Assembly: GCA_965227515.1 (NCBI GenBank)
Contig: CBDDFZ010000002.1
Location: 1,088,001-1,152,000 of the forward strand
Origin: Alphaproteobacteria bacterium
GTDB lineage: Bacteria; Pseudomonadota; Alphaproteobacteria; CALKHQ01
Direction: 5' to 3'
DNA length: 64,000 nt
Positions 38,562-48,193 of the stretch are shown here, one piece after another (position 1 is the stretch's first letter; each line of letters starts with the position of its first letter). The notes under the pieces were generated by a model. It was not told where the DNA came from. It did not search any database and saw nothing but the letters and a program-made list of their open reading frames with translations. Made by a program: the position numbers and the translations under genes.

Positions 38562-40322
38562 TCATGCCGCTTCAGCGGGCGCGGGCGTGGCCGCCTCGCC
38601 GGTCTCGGCAACCGCCGGCTTCGGCTTGGCGCCGCCCTCGTATTCCTCCAGGAAGTCCAGGAGTTCGTGGCGATAGGCGTAGTAGTCCGGGTGCTCCAGC
38701 AGCGCCTTGCGGGTGCGCGGGCGCGGCAGGTCGACCTCCATGATCTTGCCGATCTTGGCGTTGGGGCCGTTGGTCATCATCACCACCCGGTCGGCCAGCA
38801 GGATCGCCTCGTCGACGTCGTGGGTGACGCAGATGGCGGTGACCTTGGTGCGCCGCCACACCTCCATCAGCACTTCCTGCAGCTCCCAGCGGGTCAAGCT
38901 GTCGAGCATGCCGAACGGCTCGTCGAGGAGGAGGAGCTTGGGCGACAGCGCGAACGCGCGGGCGATGCCGACCCGCTGCTTCATGCCGTTGGACAGCGCG
39001 TGCGCCGGGCGGTGCATGGCGTCGGCCAGCCCCACCTGCTCCAGGTAGTATTCGACGATTTCGCGCCGCTCGGCGGGCTTGGCGGACGGATAGACCTTGT
39101 CCACGCCCAGCGCCACGTTCTCGCGCGCGGTCAGCCACGGCATCAGCGAGGGCGCCTGGAACACCACCGCGCGCTCCGGCCCGGCCGACTTCACCTCCTT
39201 GCCGTTGAGCACGATGCCGCCGGCGGAGATCTCGTTCAGCCCGGCAACCATCGACAGCACGGTCGACTTGCCGCAGCCGGAGTGGCCGATCAGCGAGACG
39301 AACTCGCCCTTCTTCATGTTGAGGTCGAAGCCGTCGACCACCGTCAAAGGCCCGTTCGGCGTCGGGTAGACCTTCTTGACGTCGAAGAACTCGACATAGC
39401 GCTCGACGATGGGGGAGGCCGCAGCTTCCTTGGCGGCCGCCGGAATCTCCGCGGCGCGAATCTCGTCCGCTTGCGTGATCGGGACGACGTTGGGCAGCAC
39501 GCGCGGGTCGGCGTCGTTCTCCGCGCCACGCTCCATGCCGACGTCCATCAGGTACTGGGTCACCGCGCCGCGCACCTGCTTGAACGCCGGGTCGTCGTTG
39601 ATCGCCGCCCGGTCGCGCGGGCGCGGCAGGTCGACCTTGAACTCCGGGCCGAGCACGGCGTTGGGACCGGGATTGAGCGGGATGATGCGGTCGGCGAGCA
39701 GGATTGCCTCGTCGACATCGTTGGTGATCATCACCACGGTCTTGCGCTCTTTCGCCCAGATCTCCTCGATCTCGGTTTGCAGCTTGGCGCGGGTCAGCGC
39801 GTCCAGGGCGGAGAGCGGCTCGTCCAGCAGCAGCAGTTCCGGGTTCATCGCCAGTGCGCGCGCCACCGCCACCCGCTGGCGCATCCCGCCGCTGAGTTCC
39901 GCCGGCCGCCGGCCCGTGGCATGGCTGAGGCCCACCATGTCGATGTAGCGGCGGGTGCGCGCCTGGCGCTCGGCCTTGCTCTCCTTGGCGAACACCGTGT
40001 CGACCGCCAGCGCCACATTGCCGTGCACGGTCAGCCACGGCATCAAGGAGTAGCTCTGGAACACCACGCCGCGCTCGGACGCCGGGCCCCGCACCGGCTG
40101 GCCCTTGAAATTGACGCTGCCGGCGGTCGGCGCCGCCAGCCCGGCGATGGTGTTGATCAGCGTCGTCTTGCCGGAGCCGGAGAAGCCGACGATGGCGATG
40201 AATTCGCCGTCCGCGACCTGCAAGTCGATGCCGCCCAGCACCGGCGTGGCCTTGTCGCCGGTGCCGTAGGTGACGCACACGTTCTTGAGTTCCAAGATTG
40301 GATTCTGTTCCACGAAGGACAT
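38562..40322 (-). CDS. nrtC: Nitrate ABC transporter ATPase with two fused ABC domains
   Basis: GFSGSGKT/LSGGMRQR/LLDEP and GHSGCGKST/LSNGMKQR/LLDEP. Confidence 0.92.
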   Translation of the reverse strand: MSFVEQNPILELKNVCVTYGTGDKATPVLGGIDLQVADGEFIAIVGFSGSGKTTLINTIAGLAAPTAGSVNFKGQPVRGPASERGVVFQSYSLMPWLTVHGNVALAVDTVFAKESKAERQARTRRYIDMVGLSHATGRRPAELSGGMRQRVAVARALAMNPELLLLDEPLSALDALTRAKLQTEIEEIWAKERKTVVMITNDVDEAILLADRIIPLNPGPNAVLGPEFKVDLPRPRDRAAINDDPAFKQVRGAVTQYLMDVGMERGAENDADPRVLPNVVPITQADEIRAAEIPAAAKEAAASPIVERYVEFFDVKKVYPTPNGPLTVVDGFDLNMKKGEFVSLIGHSGCGKSTVLSMVAGLNEISAGGIVLNGKEVKSAGPERAVVFQAPSLMPWLTARENVALGVDKVYPSAKPAERREIVEYYLEQVGLADAMHRPAHALSNGMKQRVGIARAFALSPKLLLLDEPFGMLDSLTRWELQEVLMEVWRRTKVTAICVTHDVDEAILLADRVVMMTNGPNAKIGKIMEVDLPRPRTRKALLEHPDYYAYRHELLDFLEEYEGGAKPKPAVAETGEAATPAPAEAA

Positions 40323-40338
40323 GGGTCGTGCTCCGGTC

Positions 40339-41427
40339 TCAGCGGGTGGCGGAGTAGGTGAGGGCGGACTGGAGCGCGTACATCAGCCGGTCGAGCAGGA
40401 AGCCGATCAGGCCGATGGTCAGCACCGCGACCATGATCTTGGCGAGCGACGAGGAACTGCCGTTCTGGAACTCGTCCCAGACGAACTTGCCCAAGCCCGG
40501 GTTCTGCGCCAGCATCTCGGCCGCGATCAGCACCATCCAGCCGACGCCGAGCGACAGCCGGAGCCCGGTGAAGATCAGCGGCAGGGCCGACGGCAGCACC
40601 AGCTTGGTGATGGTCTTCCAGGTCGGGAGCTGCAGCACCCGTCCGACGTTCATCAAATCCTTGTCGATGGACGCCACGCCGAGCGCTGTGTTGATCAGGG
40701 TCAGCCACAACGAGCACAGGGTGACGGTGATGGCCGAGGTCACCAGGCTCTTCGGGAACGCATCCGACGCGTCGACGTAGACCGCGGAGACCACCATGGT
40801 GACGATGGGCAGCCAGGCCAGCGGCGACACCGGCTTGAACACCTGGATGACCGGGTTCAAAGCGCCGTTGACCGTGCGCGACAGGCCGCAGAATACGCCC
40901 AGCGGCACGGCCAGCAGGGTGGCGAGTATGAAGCCCAGCGCCACGGTCTTCAGAGAGGTGACGATCTGGTCCAGATAGGTCGGACGGCCGGTGTAGTCGC
41001 GCCAGCGCACCCGGTCCTCGCGCCCTTCCGCGATCAGCTCGGCGTTGCGCCGTTCCTGCTCGACATAGAAGTCTTCCGCCTTCTGGCGCTCGGCCAGGTG
41101 GTCGTCCCACAGCACGCCGGCCTGCTCGGCCACCTCGGCGGGGCCGGGGATGGTGCCGAGAGAGGTTTCGACCTGCGGCGCGAAGATCGCCCACAGGGCC
41201 AGGAAAGCACCGATGCCCAGCAGCGGCACGCCGAGGCCGTGCCAGATCTCGCGCAGTTGCTGGCGCGGGTTCTCGCCGGCGGCCATGCGCACCAGCGGTG
41301 CGATGAAGCCGAGGCCGAACAGGCCCAAGGTGCCGGATGCCTTGTTGGCCATGCGGCCGATCTTCTGCCGCCGCTCCTCACGCCTGGTGTCGGCCGTGGT
41401 CTGCAGCGTGTCGTCAACAGTGGTCAT
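40339..41427 (-). CDS. nrtB: Nitrate ABC transporter permease
   Basis: KPVSPLAWLP, TGLRLSLGVGWMVLIAAEML. Confidence 0.93.
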   Translation of the reverse strand: MTTVDDTLQTTADTRREERRQKIGRMANKASGTLGLFGLGFIAPLVRMAAGENPRQQLREIWHGLGVPLLGIGAFLALWAIFAPQVETSLGTIPGPAEVAEQAGVLWDDHLAERQKAEDFYVEQERRNAELIAEGREDRVRWRDYTGRPTYLDQIVTSLKTVALGFILATLLAVPLGVFCGLSRTVNGALNPVIQVFKPVSPLAWLPIVTMVVSAVYVDASDAFPKSLVTSAITVTLCSLWLTLINTALGVASIDKDLMNVGRVLQLPTWKTITKLVLPSALPLIFTGLRLSLGVGWMVLIAAEMLAQNPGLGKFVWDEFQNGSSSSLAKIMVAVLTIGLIGFLLDRLMYALQSALTYSATR

Positions 41428-41523
41428 GGATTTCTAGCTCCGTCGCGGGCCAAAGGCGGGCGGATCGCGCCGGGCGAAGCTGGGCTCCGCCCGGCCGTTC
41501 GATGTCGATGAGAGCCGCCGGGG

Positions 41524-42948
41524 TCAGCCGCCAGGCACCACGTCGACGCCGTCGATCTGCTCGGTGCCGCGCAGGCCGATCTCCAGCGAGTCCAGGTATG
41601 CGTTGGGCTGGCGGCCGTCGTAGGCGAGGCCGTCGATGAAGGCGTCGGTGGGCTCGCGGAAGCCGTCGGTGTCCCAGGGGAAGTCGGCTTCGTCGGCCAG
41701 CCCTTCCTCGACCAGCAGGCGGGCCGCCTCCAGGTACACGTCCGGCAGGTAGACCTTCGCCGCGACGTCGAAGAACCACTGGTCGTCCTTGTACTCGGTG
41801 ATCTGGCCCCAGCGGCGCATCTGGGTCAGGTACCAGATCGCGTCGGAGTAGTAGGGATAGGTCGCGTAGTAGCGGAAGAAGGTATTGAAATCAGGCACTT
41901 CGCGGATATCGCCCTTCTCGTACTCGAAGGTGCCGGTCATGGAGTTGGCGATCACCGGGGCGTCGGCGCCGACATATTCGGGCCGGGCCAGGATCTCGAC
42001 CGCTTCCATCCGGTTGGCGTTGTCGTTCTCGTCCAGCCAGATGGCGGCGCGGATCAGCGCCTTCACGATCGCCAGCGTGGTGTTCGGGTTCTCCTCCACG
42101 AAGTCGGCGCGCAGCCCGAAGACCTTCTCCGGGTTGTTCTGCCATAGCTCGTAGTCGGTGATGACCGGCACGCCGATGCCCATGAACACCGCTTGCTGGT
42201 TCCATGGCTCGCCGACGCAGTAGCCGGAGATGGTGCCGGCCTCCATGGTCGCCGGCATTTGCGGCGGTGGCGTCACCGACAACAGCGCCTCGGCCAGGAT
42301 CTGGCCCGACACATCGTCTTCCGAGTAGTAGCCGGGGTGGATGCCGCCGGCGGCGAGCCAATAGCGCAGCTCGTAATTGTGGGTCGAGACCGGGAACACC
42401 ATGCCCATGTTGAACGGGCGGCCCTGGGCGGCGAACTCGTCGAGCACCGGGCGCAGGGCGGCGGCCGAGATCGGATGCACCGGCCGACCGTCGTCCTGTG
42501 ACGGGATGTGCGGGCGCATCAGTTCCCACACCTCGTTCGACACGGTGATGCCGTTGCCGTTCAGGTCCATCGAGAACGGGGTGACGATGTGGGCCTCGGT
42601 CCCGAAGCCGATGGTGGCAGCCAGCGGCTGGCCGGCCAGCATGTGGGCACCGTCCAGCTCGCCGGTGATCACCCGGTCCAGCAGCACCTTCCAGTTCGCC
42701 TGCGGCTCCAGGGTGACGTAGAGGCCCTCATCCCAGAAGTAGCCGAGCTCCTGGGCGACGGCGAGCGGCGCCATGTCGGTCAGCTTGATGAAGCCGAAGG
42801 TCAGCTCGTCGACTTCCAGGTCCAGCATCTCGGCACTGGCGGGGGTGGCCAGCAGGGCAGCGGCCAGAGTAGTGGCGGCCAGAGCAGTGGCGGCCACGCC
42901 GGCCCGACCGGCGCGGGCATTACGGTGCATCGGCACATACGCAGTCAT
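41524..42948 (-). CDS. nrtA: CmpA/NrtA family nitrate-binding protein
   Basis: Signal peptide; [34 protein letters not shown]. Confidence 0.93.
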   Translation of the reverse strand: MTAYVPMHRNARAGRAGVAATALAATTLAAALLATPASAEMLDLEVDELTFGFIKLTDMAPLAVAQELGYFWDEGLYVTLEPQANWKVLLDRVITGELDGAHMLAGQPLAATIGFGTEAHIVTPFSMDLNGNGITVSNEVWELMRPHIPSQDDGRPVHPISAAALRPVLDEFAAQGRPFNMGMVFPVSTHNYELRYWLAAGGIHPGYYSEDDVSGQILAEALLSVTPPPQMPATMEAGTISGYCVGEPWNQQAVFMGIGVPVITDYELWQNNPEKVFGLRADFVEENPNTTLAIVKALIRAAIWLDENDNANRMEAVEILARPEYVGADAPVIANSMTGTFEYEKGDIREVPDFNTFFRYYATYPYYSDAIWYLTQMRRWGQITEYKDDQWFFDVAAKVYLPDVYLEAARLLVEEGLADEADFPWDTDGFREPTDAFIDGLAYDGRQPNAYLDSLEIGLRGTEQIDGVDVVPGG

Positions 42949-43008
42949 CGCGTCTTATCTCCTCCTCGGCACAGACCGCGGGCGCATCGCTCCCGCGGGG
43001 CACGAACG

Positions 43009-43129
43009 AAAAAAAACGCTGCGACAAGCGCACATGCCCGAGCGATCTCGGGTACGCACGTGTCGGCAGCGTTGCCGGCGCCCGCCGTTGGGCGCGTTAA
43101 TTGTCTGGGGTGTGGCCGCCTTTAGCCAC
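43009..43129 (-). promoter_or_regulatory. NasT/ANTAR antitermination leader with intrinsic terminator
   Basis: Minus-strand stem-loops with A-N-N-G loops (AAAGGC, AACGGC, AACGCT); the last overlaps the terminator stem AACGCTGC..GCAGCGTT followed by a T run. Confidence 0.85.
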
Positions 43130-43141
43130 GCAATCAGTGCA

Positions 43142-43156
43142 GCAACATCCGTGCCA
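43142..43156 (-). promoter_or_regulatory. Sigma54 (-24/-12) promoter of the nas operon
   Basis: TGGCAC-GGATG-TTGC. Confidence 0.88.
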
Positions 43157-43224
43157 AACCGGACGAATCCGGCAAACTATTGAAGTGCGGGAATTAATTC
43201 GGCTCCAGGTCGGGTGGGCGCGGT

Positions 43225-43259
43225 TGCATGATCTTGTTGCGCTGCACAAGAATCTGGCA
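43225..43259. promoter_or_regulatory. Tandem NtrC-like enhancer sites
   Basis: TGCATGATCTTGTTGCG and TGCACAAGAATCTGGCA, about 70-100 bp upstream of the sigma54 element. Confidence 0.55.
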
Positions 43260-43309
43260 GCGGCTGCCAGCCGCGCATGCATAAGACGCTCTCCGGCAAG
43301 GGCGCCCCG

Positions 43310-44551
43310 TCAGTCGATACCGAGTTCCGTCAGGTAGGCGCGTGCGTCGCGCGGGTCGAAGACGGTGCCGTCGAAGAAGCCATCGGGACCAATGTTCAGC
43401 AAGCCGAGAACGCCTGGGATTTGGGCGCCCTGACTGGCGGCCCCCTCAACCTTCCAGTCGTCGGCCGGCATGTTGATCTCGGCGGCGCTCAAAGCATCTC
43501 GGCACAGGTCCGGGCGGAACACGTCGCGCGCCCTTGCCGCCAGGTCGTCGGACCAGCCCACCTGGCCCCACCGCACCATCTGGGTGAACAGCCAGGTCGC
43601 ATGGCTCTGCCACGGGAAGGTCGCCGCACCCCGCGCGAAGGCGATGTAGTCGCCGATCTGGCGCGGCTCGGCGCCGGCGGTGCGGACCCGGCCCTCCAGC
43701 ACGTCGGCGATGATGTCCGCAGGTACGCCGACCAGGGATTCGCGGGCCAGCAGTTCGGCCAGGGTGCGCCGGTTCGCCGGGTTGTCGGCCCAGATCGCGG
43801 CACGCTGGCAGGCCCGCACCAGGGCCGCCAGTGTGCGCGGGTTGGCGTCGGCCCAGTCCTTGCGCATGCCGAGCGCCTTGTCCGGGCTGCCGCGCCATAT
43901 CTGGGCCGTGGCGGCGACGATCTGGCCGGTGCCGGCGCTGACCGCGAGCGTGTTCCAGGGCTCGCCGGCGCAGAAGCCGTCGACCCGGCCCGAGGCCAGG
44001 GCATCGCCCATCAAGGGTGGCGGCAACACGATGAGTTCGACGTCTCGATCCGGGTCGATGCCGGAGGCCGCCAGCCAGTAGCGCAGCTCGTAATTGTGGC
44101 TGGAGAACGGGTAGACGATGGCGAGCACTGGCTTGGCGCTACCGGCTTCGCGCCGCCGGCGAACGGCGGCCGCCAGTGCCCGCCCGACGGTCTCAGGCGC
44201 ATCCAGCGAGATCGCGCCCCCACCCATCTCAGCGAACAGGGCGTTGCTGACGGTAATGGCGTTACCGCCCGCGCCCAGCATCATCGGCGCCACCATCGGC
44301 TGCTGCAGGTAGTTGATGCCCAGCGTTGCGGCGATCGGCATGCCGGCCAGCATCTGCGCCGCGTCCAGATGGCCGACGAAGATGCGGTCGCGCACGTTCG
44401 CCCACGAGATCTCGCGCACCAGCTCCAGGCGGATGCCTTCCTCGGCCGCGAACCCCAGCGCATCGGCGACCGCGACGACGGCGCAGTCGACCAGCGGGAC
44501 GAAGCCCACCCGCACCACCTTGCGCTCCGGCGGCTGGGCACGCGCGCTCAT
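43310..44551 (-). CDS. nasS: Cytoplasmic nitrate sensor (NrtA-like, no signal peptide)
   Basis: [29 protein letters not shown]; translationally coupled to the ANTAR regulator. Confidence 0.9.
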   Translation of the reverse strand: MSARAQPPERKVVRVGFVPLVDCAVVAVADALGFAAEEGIRLELVREISWANVRDRIFVGHLDAAQMLAGMPIAATLGINYLQQPMVAPMMLGAGGNAITVSNALFAEMGGGAISLDAPETVGRALAAAVRRRREAGSAKPVLAIVYPFSSHNYELRYWLAASGIDPDRDVELIVLPPPLMGDALASGRVDGFCAGEPWNTLAVSAGTGQIVAATAQIWRGSPDKALGMRKDWADANPRTLAALVRACQRAAIWADNPANRRTLAELLARESLVGVPADIIADVLEGRVRTAGAEPRQIGDYIAFARGAATFPWQSHATWLFTQMVRWGQVGWSDDLAARARDVFRPDLCRDALSAAEINMPADDWKVEGAASQGAQIPGVLGLLNIGPDGFFDGTVFDPRDARAYLTELGID

Positions 44552-45147
44552 ACCCGGTCCCCTAACAGGTCGGCCGCCGTGACCAGGCTTTGCGCCACTT
44601 CCACAAGGCGTTGGTTCTGGTTCATGGCATTGCGGCGCAACAGGGCATAGGCCTCCTCCTCGCCGATGTTGCGGGCCTTCATCAGCAAACCCTTGGCGCG
44701 CTCGATCAGCTTGCGCTCGGCAAGCTGGGTGCGCGCATCGTCCAGCTCGCGCCGCAGCCGGCGGAACGCATCGAAGCGGTGGATCGCCATGTCGGCGATG
44801 GTGCGCACTCGTTCCTTCTGCAAGCCGTTGACGACGTAGGCCGACACGCCGGCCTCGATGGCGGCGCGGGTCATGTCGGGGTCGGAGTGGTCGACGAACA
44901 TCCCGACCGGACGGTCGCCGGACCGGCTCGCCCGCAGCACCTGTTCCAGTGCGTCGCGGCTGGGATTCTCGATCGCGATCAGGATGACGTCGGGATCGAT
45001 GGCGCTGACCCGCGCCTCCAGGTTGCGCATATCGGAAATGCGCTCGATCGTGCAGTCGGCGCCCTCGCGCAGGCCCTCCTCGATGATCGAGGCGCGGATC
45101 GGCTCGTCATCTATGATCAGAACCCGCAGGTGAGAGGCTGAGCCCAT
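44548..45147 (-). CDS. nasT: ANTAR-domain antiterminator/response regulator
   Basis: Pseudo-receiver domain with AGVSAYVV; ANTAR motif ERKLIERAKGLLM..EAYALLR..AM. Confidence 0.93.
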   Translation of the reverse strand: MGSASHLRVLIIDDEPIRASIIEEGLREGADCTIERISDMRNLEARVSAIDPDVILIAIENPSRDALEQVLRASRSGDRPVGMFVDHSDPDMTRAAIEAGVSAYVVNGLQKERVRTIADMAIHRFDAFRRLRRELDDARTQLAERKLIERAKGLLMKARNIGEEEAYALLRRNAMNQNQRLVEVAQSLVTAADLLGDRV

Positions 45148-45302
45148 TGCTACCTATCGACCGAACCGAAATGTCGCGCCGGTCGAAGCAATAACCGCGC
45201 CATGGTCGCCGGCCCGGAGCGGCACCTGGATGGCGCGGCCCGTGCATGGGAGCGGTGCAATGAAGATCGACGGTCCAGGCAAGCTGCAATAGCATTGAGC
45301 GC

Positions 45303-46031
45303 ATGAGCGACATCAGAGTTTCACGCGACAAGACCGGGAACGGCCAGCAGAAGCGCACCCGGGCCGAGACGCTGCGCGATGCGCTGATGGACGCCATCAT
45401 CGCCGGGCGCTACCCCCCGGGCCACCGCCTGGACGAGATGGAGCTGGCGGAGGCCTTCGAGGTCTCCCGCACGCCGGTTCGCGAGGCGCTCAAGCAACTG
45501 GCGGCCATGGACATGATCGACCTGCGGCCGCACCGCGGCGCGGTGGTCAGCGATCATCCGCCGGAACGGGTGGCCGAGCTGTTCGAGGCGCTGGCGGAGA
45601 ACGAGGCCGCGTGCGCGCGCCTGGCCGCGATCAAGATGGGAACCAGCGAGCGCGAAGCGCTGGAAAGCCACCATGCCGCCTGCCGCGCCGCCATGCAGGC
45701 CAACCAGATCGACCGCATCTACGACACCAACAAGGCGTTCCACGAGGCGATCTATGCCGGCGCCCACAATGCGTTTCTCGCCGAGCAGGTGCATTCCCTT
45801 CGGCGGCGGCTGGCGCCGTTCACCCGTGCGCAGTTCCGGCGCTCGGGCCGCCCCACCCATTCCGCCGACGAGCACGACGCGGTGATGACGGCGCTGCGCA
45901 ACCGCAGCGGCACGGCGGCGGAGGAAGCCATGCGCCAGCACATCAGGCTGATTGCCCAGACCTACGTCGCATACCAGTTGGAGCTTGGCAGCCAGTCGCT
46001 TCAGGACCTCGTTGTCGCCAAGGAGGCCTGA
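45303..46031 (+). CDS. GntR family regulator (FCD domain), convergent with and overlapping atzF
   Basis: LDEMELAEAFEVSRTPVREAL; NKAFH, EHDAV. Confidence 0.92.
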   Translation: MSDIRVSRDKTGNGQQKRTRAETLRDALMDAIIAGRYPPGHRLDEMELAEAFEVSRTPVREALKQLAAMDMIDLRPHRGAVVSDHPPERVAELFEALAENEAACARLAAIKMGTSEREALESHHAACRAAMQANQIDRIYDTNKAFHEAIYAGAHNAFLAEQVHSLRRRLAPFTRAQFRRSGRPTHSADEHDAVMTALRNRSGTAAEEAMRQHIRLIAQTYVAYQLELGSQSLQDLVVAKEA

Positions 46032-47824
46032 TAGGCGCGCCAGCCGCCGAACGCGGTGATGTCGCGCGCGCCATCCAGGGCCAGCGGCTCACAGATGAAG
46101 CCCTTGACCGCACGGCCGTCGGCCAGCTCCACGCTGCCGATGCCCAGCGGCGCCGGCACGGCGGCGGCGAAGCGGCCGAACGCCTCCGACGACAGGGCAT
46201 AGACCTCCACGTCGATCGCGCGCCCCTGGCCGGGCCCCACCCGCATCAGCCCCGGTTTCGGCGGTGTCGTGCCGTTGAGCGCAAACAGGCGATAGGCATC
46301 CGCCGTGGTGGTCGATGCCTGCAACGTCGCCCCCAATGCCGCCAGTTCGCCGGCCAGCGGCTCGCCGCTCAGGTGGGCGCCGACCACGGCCAGCAGCACG
46401 CCGTCAGTGCTCGCGGTTTGCGACGGTGACGGCAGTTGCTGGCCTGTCGCCCCCAAGGGCAGTCCCGTGGCGCGCTGCCAGCCGCCGCCCAATCGCGCCA
46501 GCGCCGCATCGTGGAAAGCCGGCGCAATGAACGTGACGCCCGCCGGCAATCCGTTCGGCAGGAAACCGTTGGGCAGCGCGATGGCGCTGAGGTCCAGCAG
46601 GTTGACGAAATTGGTATAGGTACCCAGCCGGCTGTTGAGCAGCACCGGCTCCGCAGCCTCTTCGGCGACGGTGTAGATGGTCGGCGACGTTGGCACGAGC
46701 ATGACGTCGATGTCGTGCCAGACATTCGCACAGACCCGCCGCAGGTCCTCGAGCCGATACATGCTCTTGAAAGCGTGGACGGCGGAAATGTCGGCGGCGC
46801 CACCGATGATCTGGCGGGTCACCGGCCACAGGCTGTCGGCATGGCCGGCAATGAAGTCCTCCACCGCCGCCAGCCGTTCGGCGACCCACGGCCCCTGATA
46901 CAGCAGGGCCGCCACCTCGGCGAACGGCGCGAAGTCTATCTCGGTGACGGTTGCTCCGAGCGACCTGGCCCGCGCCGCCGCATCCGCAAACAGGGCCTCG
47001 GTCTCGGCATCGCCATCGAAGAACAGGTCCTGCGGTTTCGGAACGCCGATCTGCAGACCCGACCAGACAAGATCCCCCACGTCCTGCCTGACGCGCGAAT
47101 AGGCATCGGCGGCATCGTACTGGGCCGCGACGGAGAGCACGCGAGACGCATCCTCCGCCGTCAGCGCGAAGATGGAGACGCAGTCCAGCGTGCGGCAGGC
47201 CGGCACAACGCCGGAGCACGAGATCAGGCCGCGGCTGGGCTTCAGCCCCACGATGTTGTTGAAGCCGGCGGGCACCCGGCCGGAGCCCGCGGTGTCGGTG
47301 CCAAAGGCGAAGCTGACCAGGCCGGAGGACACCGCCACCGCCGATCCGGAGCTCGACCCACCGGGCAGATAGTCCGCATCGAACGCGTTGCGGGCGACGC
47401 CATATGGCGTTCGGGTGCCGACCAGGCCGGTCGCGAACTGGTCGAGGTTGGTCTTGCCGACCAGCATGGCGCCGGCCGCGATGAGATGGGCAACGGCGGG
47501 CGCCGTCGCCTCGGCGACATAGGCGAAGTCGGGGCACGCCGCCGTGGTCGTCATGCCCGCCACGTCGATATTGTCCTTCACCGCGAAGGGCACGCCATAG
47601 AGCGGCAGCGCCGCGCGCTCCGCCGGGCCGAGTGCGTCGAGCGCCGCGGCCCGGTCCATGAGCGCCTGGTCGTCCGCACGTGAGATCCAGACCGCGTCGT
47701 CGCCGGCTGCCGCGATGCGCGAGAGGATGTCTGCCGCCACGGTGCCGGGGGATGCCGCGCCGGTCAGATAGCTGCGCTTGAGCGTGGCCAGGTCCAGGCT
47801 CATCGGTGCTTCGCTCACGGTCAT
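46001..47824 (-). CDS. atzF: Allophanate hydrolase
   Basis: Amidase signature KDNIDV, GGSSSGS, GTDTAGSGRVPA; C-domain VVGAHLSG..GGWRAY; alternative start 47803. Confidence 0.95.
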   Translation of the reverse strand: MTVSEAPMSLDLATLKRSYLTGAASPGTVAADILSRIAAAGDDAVWISRADDQALMDRAAALDALGPAERAALPLYGVPFAVKDNIDVAGMTTTAACPDFAYVAEATAPAVAHLIAAGAMLVGKTNLDQFATGLVGTRTPYGVARNAFDADYLPGGSSSGSAVAVSSGLVSFAFGTDTAGSGRVPAGFNNIVGLKPSRGLISCSGVVPACRTLDCVSIFALTAEDASRVLSVAAQYDAADAYSRVRQDVGDLVWSGLQIGVPKPQDLFFDGDAETEALFADAAARARSLGATVTEIDFAPFAEVAALLYQGPWVAERLAAVEDFIAGHADSLWPVTRQIIGGAADISAVHAFKSMYRLEDLRRVCANVWHDIDVMLVPTSPTIYTVAEEAAEPVLLNSRLGTYTNFVNLLDLSAIALPNGFLPNGLPAGVTFIAPAFHDAALARLGGGWQRATGLPLGATGQQLPSPSQTASTDGVLLAVVGAHLSGEPLAGELAALGATLQASTTTADAYRLFALNGTTPPKPGLMRVGPGQGRAIDVEVYALSSEAFGRFAAAVPAPLGIGSVELADGRAVKGFICEPLALDGARDITAFGGWRAYQASLATTRS

Positions 47825-47900
47825 CCCCTTCGTTGTTCCCTCCTCCACGCGTGGCGGCCCGCCCAGCACTGCTGACCCGTCAATCTGCCCACGTGGCGAT

Positions 47901-48056
47901 AGATTGTATGCAATTTGAATACCACGCCGCGATCTCGCGCCGAACCTCGATCTCCACACGTGCCTTGGAAAGCCCTGTAGGGCGCAAGAATGCCCGTATT
48001 TTGTGCGATGCCCGAAGATTGGTCAATTTTGGCCGTCCACAGATTGCATACAATCC
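47901..48056. promoter_or_regulatory. Two GntR-type operators (AGATTGTATGCAATTT 47901..47916; AGATTGCATACAATCC 48041..48056) flanking NtrC-like sites (47991..48025)
   Basis: TTGTATGCAA and TTGCATACAA are reverse complements, each a near-palindrome; TGCCCGTATTTTGTGCG and TGCCCGAAGATTGGTCA lie between them. Confidence 0.65.
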
Positions 48057-48079
48057 AGAAAAAGTCGCCCGCTTCGAGT

Positions 48080-48094
48080 TGGCACGTCGATTGC
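48080..48094 (+). promoter_or_regulatory. Sigma54 promoter of the BMP-ABC/biuH/trtA/atzD operon
   Basis: TGGCAC-GTCGA-TTGC. Confidence 0.85.
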
Positions 48095-48193
48095 TGAGCA
48101 GTTGTCAGAAGTGGATCGGACTGCGGGCGCATGGCGCGCTCATGGCCGGCCGATGGCGCGACAAGCCGCGCTCGGACAGCGACTACGGAGGGG

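Noticed and set aside
46001-46031. 31-bp convergent overlap of GntR and atzF as antisense regulation
   Set aside because: Short 3' overlaps are common in high-GC genomes; no further evidence
48095-48193. ANTAR hairpins or a riboswitch in the leader of the BMP operon
   Set aside because: Only short GC stems, no convincing tandem A-N-N-G hexaloops and no terminator
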